64,000 nucleotides of DNA from contig CANROB010000004.1 in the NCBI GenBank assembly GCA_947632115.1, positions 709 to 64,708 of the forward strand. Reading direction: 5' to 3'. Within the stretch, counting starts at the first letter, position 1. Each line of letters opens with the position of its first letter. Source of the DNA: an uncultured Bacilli bacterium (lineage in GTDB: Bacteria; Bacillota_I; Bacilli_A; RF39; UBA660). Positions 9,599 to 18,731 of this stretch are shown one piece after another. The notes under the pieces are model-generated. The model had not been told where the DNA came from. It worked only from the letters and a program-made list of their open reading frames with translations, and did no database searches. The translations under genes and the position numbers were made by a program.

Positions 9599-9666
9599 AA
9601 TCATCACCTATTATTAATAATACCATCTTTCTTTAAAAAAATCACTAAAATCCTCCAGTTTCTCTT

Positions 9667-9695
9667 GCATAGAATAGAGCTTTAAACACATACTA
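9667..9695 (+). promoter_or_regulatory. Forespore sigma-G-type promoter upstream of the germinant-receptor operon
   Basis: GCATA (9667-9671), 17-nt spacer, CATACTA (9689-9695). This matches the published sigma-G consensus GnATR-(17/18)-CATnnTA, and gerA-family operons are classically sigma-G dependent. Confidence 0.5.
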
Positions 9696-9710
9696 ATAAA
9701 GGTGAAACGT

Positions 9711-11129
9711 ATGACGAATGAAGAAAGGGTTAAAAAAATTAAAGAAGCGTTAGGAAATAGTTCTGATATTGTCGTAAGAAAATTAAACGATAAGATTACT
9801 TATCTTTTTTTAGAAAGTGTTAGTAGTGATGATAAAATCAGTGATTTCCTTTTAAAAAGTGTGACCAAATGGGAAGAGGAAAAAGACCTTTTTTCCATCC
9901 TACAAAAAGAAATTTATAACAGTCACCTAGAAGTAGTAGAAGATTTTAATGAATGCTACTATTATCTTGCTTCAGGATATACCTGTCTATTCGTCAATCA
10001 AGAAAAAAAATATTTCGTTATAGAAACCAAAACAAAACTAGATAGAGGAATTTCTGAGTCTACCTCAGAGCCTTTAATTCGTGGACCAAAAGATAGTTTT
10101 ACCGAAAACCATGCCATCAATTTAGGACTTATTCGCAAACGCATTAAAGACCCAAAACTTCGTATTTCTGAACAAAAGATAGGAAGAAGAACAAATAGTA
10201 AAGTAGCTCTTATCTATATAGAAGATATTGCTGATTTCAAAAAAGTAAAAACGTTAGAAGAAGCTCTTACCAAAATTGATATCGATGGCATTTTAGATAC
10301 TGGCTATTTACGGGATTTTCTAGAATCCAATGAGAAATCATTCTTTCCCAAAGTCATTAGTACGGAGCGGCCTGATTTTTGTTGTCAGAGTCTTTTAAAT
10401 GGAAAAATAGTCATTCTCGTTGAAAATAGCCCGTATGCTTTAATTCTTCCCGCTATTTTAATGGATTTTTTTAAAACTTCTGAAGATTATTATCAAAAAA
10501 ATGCCAGTAGTACTTTTAGTCGTATTTTAAAAGGAATTGCCTTTTTAGTTACGATTATTACACCGGCTCTTTATATCGCACTCATGACGTTTAATCAAGA
10601 GATGATCCCTGATCAGTTACTGATTTCTCTTGCGACCCAGCGTAGTGAGGTCCCGTTTCCAACTTTCATGGAAGTTATCATTTTTGTCATTCTCTTTGAA
10701 ATTCTAAGGGAAGCAGATATCAAGTCGCCAAGTGCGAGTGGGGCTAGTATGAGTATTGTTGGAGCTCTCATTTTAGGAGATGCGGCGGTTACGGCGGGAA
10801 TTGTTTCTCCTTTTGTTGTCATTGTAGTTGCTATTACCTCCATTTGTGAATTAGTTTTTACCGATATGGATTTTATTAATGCTATTAGACAGTGGCGACT
10901 CCTATTTATCTTTTCGACTATTTTTACAGGAATTATTGGAATTGTTTCAGCAGGGTTATTTCTCATTATCAAGTTAGCTTCTCTAGAGCCTTTAAATACT
11001 CCATATCTTCTTCCCTATAGTCCTTTTAATCTGTCTGGAATGGAAGATAGTTTCTTTCTTCTTCCCTCTCGTAAACGGAAAAAAAGACCAGATTATTTAA
11101 CCCAGAACAAAAGGAGGTTAAAACCATGA
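9711..11129 (+). CDS. Spore germination protein, GerA/GerKA (A subunit) family
   Basis: Soluble N-terminal domain followed by a C-terminal multi-TM region (ITPALYIALMTFNQEMIP...SIVGALILGDAAV). First gene of an A-C-B operon. ATG 9711 after AAAGGTGA; the track starts at GTG 9702. Confidence 0.85.
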   Translation: MTNEERVKKIKEALGNSSDIVVRKLNDKITYLFLESVSSDDKISDFLLKSVTKWEEEKDLFSILQKEIYNSHLEVVEDFNECYYYLASGYTCLFVNQEKKYFVIETKTKLDRGISESTSEPLIRGPKDSFTENHAINLGLIRKRIKDPKLRISEQKIGRRTNSKVALIYIEDIADFKKVKTLEEALTKIDIDGILDTGYLRDFLESNEKSFFPKVISTERPDFCCQSLLNGKIVILVENSPYALILPAILMDFFKTSEDYYQKNASSTFSRILKGIAFLVTIITPALYIALMTFNQEMIPDQLLISLATQRSEVPFPTFMEVIIFVILFEILREADIKSPSASGASMSIVGALILGDAAVTAGIVSPFVVIVVAITSICELVFTDMDFINAIRQWRLLFIFSTIFTGIIGIVSAGLFLIIKLASLEPLNTPYLLPYSPFNLSGMEDSFFLLPSRKRKKRPDYLTQNKRRLKP

Positions 11130-12271
11130 AAAAAGTATTTGTATTTTTCCTACTCCTCTTCTTAACTGGTTGTTGGAACTATAAAGAATTAAATGAATAT
11201 GCCATTGTGACAGGTATGGCTGTTGATTATAAAGATAATGGATACGAAGTTTCTTTTTTGATTGCAAACGGCAATAAATCTGAAGAATCAGAAGCTAAAA
11301 CAAGTTTATTAACTGGAGAAGGAGATACCATTTATAACGCCATTAAAAATATCAGTTTAGTAAGTCCTAAAGAATTATATATTAGTCATTTATCAGTCGT
11401 CATCTTCTCCGAAGAAATAGCAAGAAGAGGTCTTTTAAATGTCTTGGATTTCTTATTAAGAGATCCGCAATCCCATCAAAATTTTTACTTATTATTAGCC
11501 AAAGATACCAAGGCTTCTGATATTTTATCGATTCTTTCTCCTCTTGCCGATTATCCATCTCAAAATATTGCCTCTAATATTGCAAATTCTTCTAAGTTAC
11601 AGGGTAAAATTAGTGATGCATCCTTTAATCTCTTTATTGAAAAATATTTATCCCCTGGTTTTGAACCGATTATGAACAGTATGATTATCTTAGGGGACAT
11701 AGAAAAAGGACAAACCTCAGATAGTCAAGAAAAAAGCAAACAAGATGCCTATACCAAATTGGATAGTCTAGCTCTTTTCCATGATGATAAACTAGTGGGA
11801 TGGGCAGATCAAGAGGAAAGCATAGGAATTGATCTAGTACTAGGTGAGATTGGTACCCTTTACTTTAATGTTCCTTGCGGGGATCAATTTGCGGTTACGG
11901 TATCGGATGATTATCACGCAAGTTATCAAGTTAAGAAAGACTCTTTTTATATTAAAGCAGAAGCAAAAGGTACTTTGCGAGAAGTAGATTGTCCAATTAA
12001 CCTAGAAAAAGAAGAAGAGATGAAGTCACTAGAAAAAGTAGCCGAGAAAGAACTTAGAAAATATATGGTAAAAGCGATTACCAAAGCGAAGAATCTGGAA
12101 GTAGATATCTTTGGAATTGGTTCCAAATATTATCAAAAGTATCCTAAAGAATTTTCCAAAATAAAAGATTGGAATCAATTTTTTAAAGATTATCCTATTC
12201 AGATAGAAGTACATTTTTCTTATACCAGTAAAGGAACTTTAGAACAAAGTTTAGAAAGGAAGACGACATGA
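11126..12271 (+). CDS. Spore germination lipoprotein, Ger(x)C family
   Basis: Lipobox LLFLTGC followed by WNYKELNE, which is typical of GerxC. ATGA overlap with the A subunit and an AGGAGG SD. Confidence 0.85.
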   Translation: MKKVFVFFLLLFLTGCWNYKELNEYAIVTGMAVDYKDNGYEVSFLIANGNKSEESEAKTSLLTGEGDTIYNAIKNISLVSPKELYISHLSVVIFSEEIARRGLLNVLDFLLRDPQSHQNFYLLLAKDTKASDILSILSPLADYPSQNIASNIANSSKLQGKISDASFNLFIEKYLSPGFEPIMNSMIILGDIEKGQTSDSQEKSKQDAYTKLDSLALFHDDKLVGWADQEESIGIDLVLGEIGTLYFNVPCGDQFAVTVSDDYHASYQVKKDSFYIKAEAKGTLREVDCPINLEKEEEMKSLEKVAEKELRKYMVKAITKAKNLEVDIFGIGSKYYQKYPKEFSKIKDWNQFFKDYPIQIEVHFSYTSKGTLEQSLERKTT

Positions 12272-13341
12272 AAAATAGACTTTCTTATGTTGCCGTAAGC
12301 TATTTTCTTTCCCGCTCTTTTTTTATTGGCATTGTCTTTTCTCTTTTTATTAGAACTTCTAAAACCGATAGTTGGCTATCTTTTTTAATCTCTTTTGGGA
12401 TAGGATTTCTTTTTCTCTTTTTGATTCAATATATTGCTTCTTATGAACCAGAAAAAAGTTTGCGTGAAAAATACATTCTCGTTTTTCCCAAAGCATATCC
12501 CTTGATGATTGGTTTAAGTTGTCTTCTTTTCTTTTTCTTAGCCTGTATTGGTTTTTGGAATCTATCGAATCTTCTTACCAGTCAATTTTTGAATAAAACA
12601 CCCAAGTTTGTCATTCAGCTTTCCTTCTTAGTACCACTGATGCTTCTTTTAAAAAAAGACACAAAAATCATCGCTAGAGTCGCTCTTATTCTTTTTTATA
12701 TTAGTATTTTTCTTTTCCTTTTCAGTTTGATAGGGCTAATATTCCAATTTCAGTTTTCACATTTTCTACCCGCTTTTCAAGCAAACGTTACCAAACCCAT
12801 TTTTCCTTTTTTAGGGTTTCAAGTATTTCCTCTTTTCCTTTTGCTAATCTTCCCTAATTTAGAGATAAAAAAAGATATGCGAAAAGGATTTTGCCTTTCC
12901 TCGCTTTCTTTATTTCTTGTAATCGTAATGATTGTTGGCGTTTTAGGAATAGAATTATCTTTAGTCTATCAATATCCAGAATTTCACATTCTAAAACGTG
13001 CTTATGAAAATATCCTTACTTACCGACTAGAAAATATTTTAGCAATTCAATGGTTATTTGATATTTTTATTTTCTGTGCGGTTAGCCTAAAAGGATGTCA
13101 TGAACTTTTTGCTATCAAAAAAGGAATAAAAGAGTATTTCTTACCGATTCTTATGTTTTTGATTTCAACTCATTTATTTAAAGATAATACGATTGCAAAC
13201 ACCATTGTTGAAAAATATTTAAGTACCATCATACCTAGTATTTGGCTTTTCCTTATTCTTCTTTTCGTTTTCAAAATTTGGATAAAAAAAAGAAGGATTT
13301 CTCCTACTTATTTAAAAACTGAATCAATAAAACAACCGTAA
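12268..13341 (+). CDS. Spore germination protein, Ger(x)B (APC-like permease) family
   Basis: About 10 hydrophobic segments, 357 aa, ATGA overlap with the C subunit. The A-C-B order matches the gerK type. Confidence 0.8.
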   Translation: MKNRLSYVAVSYFLSRSFFIGIVFSLFIRTSKTDSWLSFLISFGIGFLFLFLIQYIASYEPEKSLREKYILVFPKAYPLMIGLSCLLFFFLACIGFWNLSNLLTSQFLNKTPKFVIQLSFLVPLMLLLKKDTKIIARVALILFYISIFLFLFSLIGLIFQFQFSHFLPAFQANVTKPIFPFLGFQVFPLFLLLIFPNLEIKKDMRKGFCLSSLSLFLVIVMIVGVLGIELSLVYQYPEFHILKRAYENILTYRLENILAIQWLFDIFIFCAVSLKGCHELFAIKKGIKEYFLPILMFLISTHLFKDNTIANTIVEKYLSTIIPSIWLFLILLFVFKIWIKKRRISPTYLKTESIKQP

Positions 13342-14092
13342 TAGATACTCCTACTAGTACTAAACAAACAATTAACACACGTAGTAATATGTTGTGTTTT
13401 TTGATATTCTCTCCTAAATTTTTTAGATCTTCAAAATCACTATCTTTAAATCCTAGACTAGAGGTAAAAAAGGTCGTATCAATATTGCTTAAATTACTAG
13501 AAGCATCTAGCCGTTTTTCTTCCTCTTGTTTTTCTTCTTCTACTTTTGCTTCTTCAATAATTTTTTTAATAGAAGAAGGATCTCCTACCATCGTATCCGA
13601 TTTAAGAGAATCAAAAAGGCCACTTTCTTCTTTGTTTTCTTCTACATTTGGTTTTGGAATGGTAACCGTATCTACTAATTCTTTTTCAACGGTTTCCTTA
13701 GCAAGAGACCTAGGACTAATTCTTTTAGCTACATCATAATTTACGTTTTTAAGAACCCGATATTCTTCCTCTTCTTCGGTTCTGGTATCTTTTGCTTTTG
13801 TTAGGACATCGCGAATATCATAGTTGCGTTCTTCCTCTTCTTCTATAGGAATAGGTTCTGTTTCTTCTTTTTCCTCAGATACTAATTGGCGATATTTTTT
13901 TTCTTTTTGATATCCTTCCCTACTTTGAAGCATTTCTTTCACACGAGTAATATCAATTTCATTCGTTTTATCAATGGCAATAACGCCTTCGATATTCGAA
14001 TAATTTCCTAAATTTTCAATACTCTTATAAAGTGCTTCGTTTCTAACGCTTCGCTCTTCTTTCTCATGATATCTGTCCATCCTACTTGCCAT
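13304..14092 (-). CDS. Hypothetical acidic (Glu-rich) C-terminally membrane-anchored protein
   Basis: 262 aa with an AGGTGA SD. Long E/K-rich region and a single C-terminal TM (ILLRVLIVCLVLVGVSITVVLLI). Its 3' end overlaps the convergent gerB-type gene by 38 nt. Confidence 0.6.
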   Translation of the reverse strand: MASRMDRYHEKEERSVRNEALYKSIENLGNYSNIEGVIAIDKTNEIDITRVKEMLQSREGYQKEKKYRQLVSEEKEETEPIPIEEEEERNYDIRDVLTKAKDTRTEEEEEYRVLKNVNYDVAKRISPRSLAKETVEKELVDTVTIPKPNVEENKEESGLFDSLKSDTMVGDPSSIKKIIEEAKVEEEKQEEEKRLDASSNLSNIDTTFFTSSLGFKDSDFEDLKNLGENIKKHNILLRVLIVCLVLVGVSITVVLLIQFLNK

Positions 14093-14193
14093 AGTATCAC
14101 CTAGTATTAACTATATCACAAAACGTATCTTTTTTGAAGATTTAGGTTGCATTTTTCACGAAGTTTCTTTATAATTCTTATAGGAGGAAAATT

Positions 14194-14409
14194 ATGAAAG
14201 TAAAAGTTAATCCAGATGTATGTATTGGTTGTGGTGCGTGCCATGCGATTGCTCCAGATGTTTTTGATATAAACGATGACGGAGTAGCAGAAGCTCTTAC
14301 CACAGAAGATGTAAAAGAAGAATTCGTAGAAGATGCAAAGGACGCAAAAGAAGGTTGTCCTGTAGGAGCTATCTACGATCCTGAAGAAGAAAAAGCAGAA
14401 GCTGCTTAA
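14194..14409 (+). CDS. Small 4Fe-4S ferredoxin
   Basis: CIGCGACHAIAP...CPVGAI cysteine pattern, 71 aa, AGGAGG SD. Confidence 0.85.
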   Translation: MKVKVNPDVCIGCGACHAIAPDVFDINDDGVAEALTTEDVKEEFVEDAKDAKEGCPVGAIYDPEEEKAEAA

Positions 14410-14420
14410 TCTTTTTAAAA

Positions 14421-14447
14421 AAAGTACCTCATGGTACTTTTATTTTT
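14421..14447. terminator. Bidirectional terminator between ferredoxin and rluB
   Basis: AAAGTACC-TCAT-GGTACTTT hairpin with an A-run upstream and a T-run downstream. Confidence 0.7.
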
Positions 14448-15159
14448 TGCCTTCATTATATAATTTTTTTACTTCCTTAATGGAAAGAGGACGATATTCT
14501 CCAGACTTTAATCCATCCGTTGTTAAAAAAGCAAATTTTTCCCTTCTTAATTTCATAACAGGGTAACCAATCGCTTCAAACATTTTCTTTACTTGATGAT
14601 TTCTGCCTTCATAGATAGTAAGTTCGACAAGGGTTGTATTTGTTTTTTTATCGATTTTTTTGATTCTCGCTTTTGCTCTTGATGTTTTTTTACCCATAAT
14701 CATAACGCCGGTACATAGTTTTTCTAAATCCTGTTTTAAAAGAATTCCCTCTACTTTCGCAATATAGGTCTTTTCTACATGATTTTTAGGATGAATTAAC
14801 AGATTCGTAAGTTCTCCATCGTTAGTTATTAATAAAACACCTGTCGTATCATAATCGAGTCTTCCTACAGGATAAACTCTTTTTCCCTCAGGGAGAAGAT
14901 CTAAAACCGTTTTTCTATCGTATTCATCTGAAGAGGTTGTAACAACGCCTCTTGGCTTATTTAATAGATAATATACTTTATCTTCCTTTTTACTTAGGGG
15001 TTTTCCATTTACAAAGATAGTATCTTCATAACTTACTTTGGTTCCTAGTTGTGTTACTACTTCGCCATTTACTTTTACTTTTCCAAGAGTAATTAACTCT
15101 TCTGCCTTTCTTCTAGAACAATAACCAGATTGGGCAATTATCTTTTGTAATCTTTCCAT
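14440..15159 (-). CDS. rluB: 23S rRNA pseudouridine synthase, RluB/RsuA family
   Basis: N-terminal S4 domain (RLQKIIAQSGYCSRRKAEELI) and the catalytic motif GRLDYDTTGVLLITNDG. Confidence 0.85.
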   Translation of the reverse strand: MERLQKIIAQSGYCSRRKAEELITLGKVKVNGEVVTQLGTKVSYEDTIFVNGKPLSKKEDKVYYLLNKPRGVVTTSSDEYDRKTVLDLLPEGKRVYPVGRLDYDTTGVLLITNDGELTNLLIHPKNHVEKTYIAKVEGILLKQDLEKLCTGVMIMGKKTSRAKARIKKIDKKTNTTLVELTIYEGRNHQVKKMFEAIGYPVMKLRREKFAFLTTDGLKSGEYRPLSIKEVKKLYNEGKK

Positions 15160-15188
15160 TCTACCACTCCTATAAAAGAAAAAAGAAA

Positions 15189-15620
15189 TTACTTACAAGT
15201 AAATCCTTCTTCACTTTCTTCAAGAATTTTCTTTGTTTCTTCTTTACTTTCATTCAACAAGTATTCTTCTTTGTCATCCTCACTCATAGCTGCGGATTTC
15301 ATCTCTACAGAAAGCGTAATCCTATTTTGACGAGTGGAAGCTTTCGCTTCAATTCCTTCTACTGCATTATACTCATCAGCTGCTGATTGCGCTGTTTGAT
15401 AATACATATCAATATTCTCTTCCGTATTTAAATCCTCTTTTAAAATTGTCGTTGTCTGCATCGTCGCTTTTGTAATTTTATCTTTTGCAAAGGTAAAGGT
15501 ATATTTCTGACTCATTTCATAATTCGTTCCTGAATTTTCCATGGTACATACTAATCGGTTGTTTCCACAACCTGTTAAACAAAACATTGCCAAAACCACC
15601 AACACACCATATTTTTTCAT
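15189..15620 (-). CDS. Lipoprotein, hypothetical (possibly DUF1307/YehR-like)
   Basis: Signal peptide plus lipobox FCLTGC, 143 aa. Confidence 0.55.
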   Translation of the reverse strand: MKKYGVLVVLAMFCLTGCGNNRLVCTMENSGTNYEMSQKYTFTFAKDKITKATMQTTTILKEDLNTEENIDMYYQTAQSAADEYNAVEGIEAKASTRQNRITLSVEMKSAAMSEDDKEEYLLNESKEETKKILEESEEGFTCK

Positions 15621-15666
15621 AATGTCCCTGCTTTCTTTTCAATTATAGCAAATCAAAAGCAAAAAT

Positions 15667-16170
15667 TCAACTGAACAAAAGGTAACAAATACCTAGACTA
15701 GATAGGATTCCTACTAAATCTGCGAGTAAACTAGTCTTTAGGGCATATCGGATATTTTTAATGCCAACACTACCATAATAAAGAGCAATAACATAAAATG
15801 TCGTATCGGTACACCCCTGAATCGTAGAACTTAACAGTCCATAAAAACTATCCACACCATATTTCGTATAAATCGTATTTAAAAGCGCTAAAGTAGCGTT
15901 CCCACTAATTGGTCGCATAATCGCAAGAGAAATGATTTCAATAGGAATTTTTAAAACGGGCAAAATAAGATGCACTAAAAATTCTAAAAATCCACTATCC
16001 ACTAAAATATTCACACTCACAATCATCGCCAAAAGATTGGGAAAAATAGTAAATGCCATTTTGAAACTTTCTTTACTACCATCAATAAAAACATCATAAA
16101 GATCAATTTTCTTTCGCATACCATAAAGGACAATTCCTAAAACCATCAAAGGAAGAATATAGTTACTCAT
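15667..16170 (-). CDS. spmB: Spore maturation protein B
   Basis: Polytopic membrane protein of about 167 aa, directly downstream of and overlapping spmA. This is the conserved dacB-spmA-spmB order of Bacillus. Confidence 0.75.
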   Translation of the reverse strand: MSNYILPLMVLGIVLYGMRKKIDLYDVFIDGSKESFKMAFTIFPNLLAMIVSVNILVDSGFLEFLVHLILPVLKIPIEIISLAIMRPISGNATLALLNTIYTKYGVDSFYGLLSSTIQGCTDTTFYVIALYYGSVGIKNIRYALKTSLLADLVGILSSLGICYLLFS

Positions 16171-16741
16171 ATTTTCTCCGGTAAAGATAATCGAAGAATA
16201 GCCCCGCTAATGTTGAACACGAGGTCGCTATAATGGTTGCGAAAACGGTGATGGTAGGACTTTTACTACCATAAAGGATACGAAGAGCAATAATGGTAGT
16301 GGGAATAATAGTAACACCACTAGTATTAATGGTCGTAAACGTAATCATACTTCTACTAGCTTCTTTTTTATTTTCATTTAATTCTTGTAGACTATTCATT
16401 GCTTTTAAGCCAAATGGGGTAGCTGCACTTCCAAGACCAAAAATATTTGCAATAATATTACTAGCGATATAACTTAAAGAAATATGTCCCCGAGGAATAT
16501 CTGGAAAAAGTGGACCTAATACATGAGTTAAGGCAGTAGATAGTTTCTCTAAAAGACCACTTTCTGATGCAATAGAGGCAATTCCTAACCATAAGGCTAC
16601 TACTGGGAAGATTTGAAAAAGTATTTCTAAACTGATTTTCGTACTATTTAAAATGGTTTCATTAATCTTTACAGCATTCCCACTTGCTAAAGAAAAAAGA
16701 ATACCAATCATAATAAAATATCCCCAAATTTTATTGACCAT
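16163..16741 (-). CDS. spmA: Spore maturation protein A
   Basis: Nucleoside-recognition-type membrane protein (MVNKIWGYFIMIGI...). Overlaps dacB and spmB. Confidence 0.75.
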   Translation of the reverse strand: MVNKIWGYFIMIGILFSLASGNAVKINETILNSTKISLEILFQIFPVVALWLGIASIASESGLLEKLSTALTHVLGPLFPDIPRGHISLSYIASNIIANIFGLGSAATPFGLKAMNSLQELNENKKEASRSMITFTTINTSGVTIIPTTIIALRILYGSKSPTITVFATIIATSCSTLAGLFFDYLYRRKYE

Positions 16742-17780
16742 AATGAAACCATTTTAGTAGGTTTTTTTGATAGGTAATTATCTTTTCGGCATAAATAGGT
16801 TCTTGATAAATTTCTTTGTCATCTACATAGACACGAGCAGTCCCTACTTCTCCTTCCTTTGGTTCAGAAGAAAGTTCAAACTTAATCATCACTTCTTCAC
16901 TTTCCATAATAGGGTAAGAAAAACTTTTTTTAAGAGATAAGAAATAACTTCCATAGTAAAGTTCATCATAGATAGAAAGAATGCCTCTTTTTAAAATTGG
17001 TACTGTTTGAAAATGCTGAAATCCATATTCTAATAAAGAGACATGATCTAAAAAATCATTTCCATCATTTAAGGTTACGGCTACAAGATTTAAGTCCTCT
17101 TTAGCGGCTGTTGATACTAATGTTCTTCTTGCTTTTTTGGTAAATCCTGTTTTGCCTCCTGTTGTATATTCATATTGAAAAAGAAGTTTATGTTTATTAA
17201 TCCAATAATAACTATTCTTATTTGTTTTTACTTGATGCGTCCTCGTACTAACAATTTCTCTATAATCCGGTAAACTCATTGCATAGCTTGCTAAAAGTGC
17301 CATATCATAAGCACTAGAGTAATTTCCTTCCTTTTCATCTAATCCATTAGGATTATGAAAAGTAGTTTCCGTCATACCTATTTCTTTTGCTTTTTGATTC
17401 ATCTTTTCGACAAATTGATCCTGTGCTACATATTCTGCTATGGCATAAGAAGCATCATTTCCACTTCTTAGCATTAATCCATACACTAAGTCTCTAAGAC
17501 TCATTTTTTCTCCCTTTTGAATATAAATACCAGATCCATAACTTTTATCGATTTCATCCCCAATCGTTACGATATCATCTAGTCTTCCTGATTCAATTGC
17601 CAAAACAGCTGTCATGATTTTCGAAATACTAGCAACACTTCTTACATCATGAATATTCTCTGCATATAAAATACGACGACTATCCGTATCCATTAAAATG
17701 GCACTTTCAGCACTCGTCGTGATTCCTAATACAGGATTAGAAAAAAGAAAAAAGAGCATTCCTGCTACTAGCCATCTCAT
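16731..17780 (-). CDS. dacB: D-alanyl-D-alanine carboxypeptidase (sporulation PBP5*-like)
   Basis: Active-site motifs SxxK (SISKIMT), SxN (RSGND) and KTG (GKTGFT), plus a signal peptide. Sits upstream of spmAB. Confidence 0.85.
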   Translation of the reverse strand: MRWLVAGMLFFLFSNPVLGITTSAESAILMDTDSRRILYAENIHDVRSVASISKIMTAVLAIESGRLDDIVTIGDEIDKSYGSGIYIQKGEKMSLRDLVYGLMLRSGNDASYAIAEYVAQDQFVEKMNQKAKEIGMTETTFHNPNGLDEKEGNYSSAYDMALLASYAMSLPDYREIVSTRTHQVKTNKNSYYWINKHKLLFQYEYTTGGKTGFTKKARRTLVSTAAKEDLNLVAVTLNDGNDFLDHVSLLEYGFQHFQTVPILKRGILSIYDELYYGSYFLSLKKSFSYPIMESEEVMIKFELSSEPKEGEVGTARVYVDDKEIYQEPIYAEKIITYQKNLLKWFHYGQ

Positions 17781-17806
17781 TCTATCACCTATTTTACTAT
17801 ATGAAA

Positions 17807-17829
17807 AAGAGGACGAACTTAGTCCTCTT
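17807..17829 (-). terminator. Terminator of the 77-aa gene, upstream of dacB
   Basis: Minus strand AAGAGGAC-TAAGTTC-GTCCTCTT followed by TTTTC. A CATATAGTA element (17796-17804) resembling mother-cell sigma-E/K -10 boxes follows it. Confidence 0.6.
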
Positions 17830-17852
17830 TTCCTATTTAAGCATAAATATTT

Positions 17853-18086
17853 TTATTGGGCATCTAAAAATCTTTGTTGTTCATCTCGTAATGTATCTTC
17901 TAATCCTTTGATAAAGAAAGCTCTTTTTGTTCCTTGAAACTCTTCTGGGCTAAAAGAAACATATCTTCCAACTCCCATCGTATCAATTTCTACATCTACA
18001 TCAAGAAAAGAATATTCCCCGTCTTGAGAGGCTATTTTCCCACAATGGCCATCATATTCTATCACTTTTCCCACTTCATATTTCAT
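17853..18086 (-). CDS. Hypothetical small protein (77 aa)
   Basis: ORF with an AGGAAA SD and its own terminator. No recognisable motif. Confidence 0.5.
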   Translation of the reverse strand: MKYEVGKVIEYDGHCGKIASQDGEYSFLDVDVEIDTMGVGRYVSFSPEEFQGTKRAFFIKGLEDTLRDEQQRFLDAQ

Positions 18087-18159
18087 ATTATTTCCTACTT
18101 TCCTTTTCTATTATACCATATTTGTATTATATTTTTTTCTAGAAAAGAAAAAAAATACA

Positions 18160-18690
18160 TTAGTATACGTAAATACCATGTATTTTTTGTTTCGTAGATT
18201 CACTTAAGTCATCCATAACCCATTTATCATCTTTTTTTGTTAAATAGAAAGTAACGGTATATTTGACTTTATCCTCTACTTTTTCCATTTGTTCTAATTG
18301 ATAATCATAGTAAGCTTCTTCACTATAATTTCCTTCTTCATCTTTTAATTCCTCGGGAATAACATCAGAAGATAGAATCTTACTATAATCTTTTACTTCG
18401 ATTTCTGCTTCTACAGTAGCTTTATCCCCGTTAATTTTTTCATCTTTAATTTCATATTTGATGTCTTTATAATGTTTTTTCATTAATTCCTTATAACGGC
18501 TTTTTTGTTCTACTGTATATTTCGTATCAGTTAACAAAGTATCTAAATCATCTAGAACAGAATTATCTAATTGGTTATAGCCATCTAAATAGGCTTCTAC
18601 TTGTTTCGTTGGTGTATTTGTCATATCTGTACCGATAGAACATCCTGCTAAAGCAAGAACACTAAATAGACCAATTATCCATTTTTTCAT
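18160..18690 (-). CDS. Lipoprotein, hypothetical
   Basis: Signal peptide and lipobox LALAGC, 176 aa. Confidence 0.6.
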   Translation of the reverse strand: MKKWIIGLFSVLALAGCSIGTDMTNTPTKQVEAYLDGYNQLDNSVLDDLDTLLTDTKYTVEQKSRYKELMKKHYKDIKYEIKDEKINGDKATVEAEIEVKDYSKILSSDVIPEELKDEEGNYSEEAYYDYQLEQMEKVEDKVKYTVTFYLTKKDDKWVMDDLSESTKQKIHGIYVY

Positions 18691-18731
18691 TTTTTCCCCT
18701 CCCTTAATAGTTTGATACAGGAGGATTGATT

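Noticed and set aside
13304-13341. 38-nt convergent overlap of the gerB-type gene and the acidic membrane protein as a regulatory antisense element
   Set aside because: Overlap of convergent 3' ends is common in compact genomes, and neither end shows a terminator or conserved structure. It is noted but has no evidence of function.
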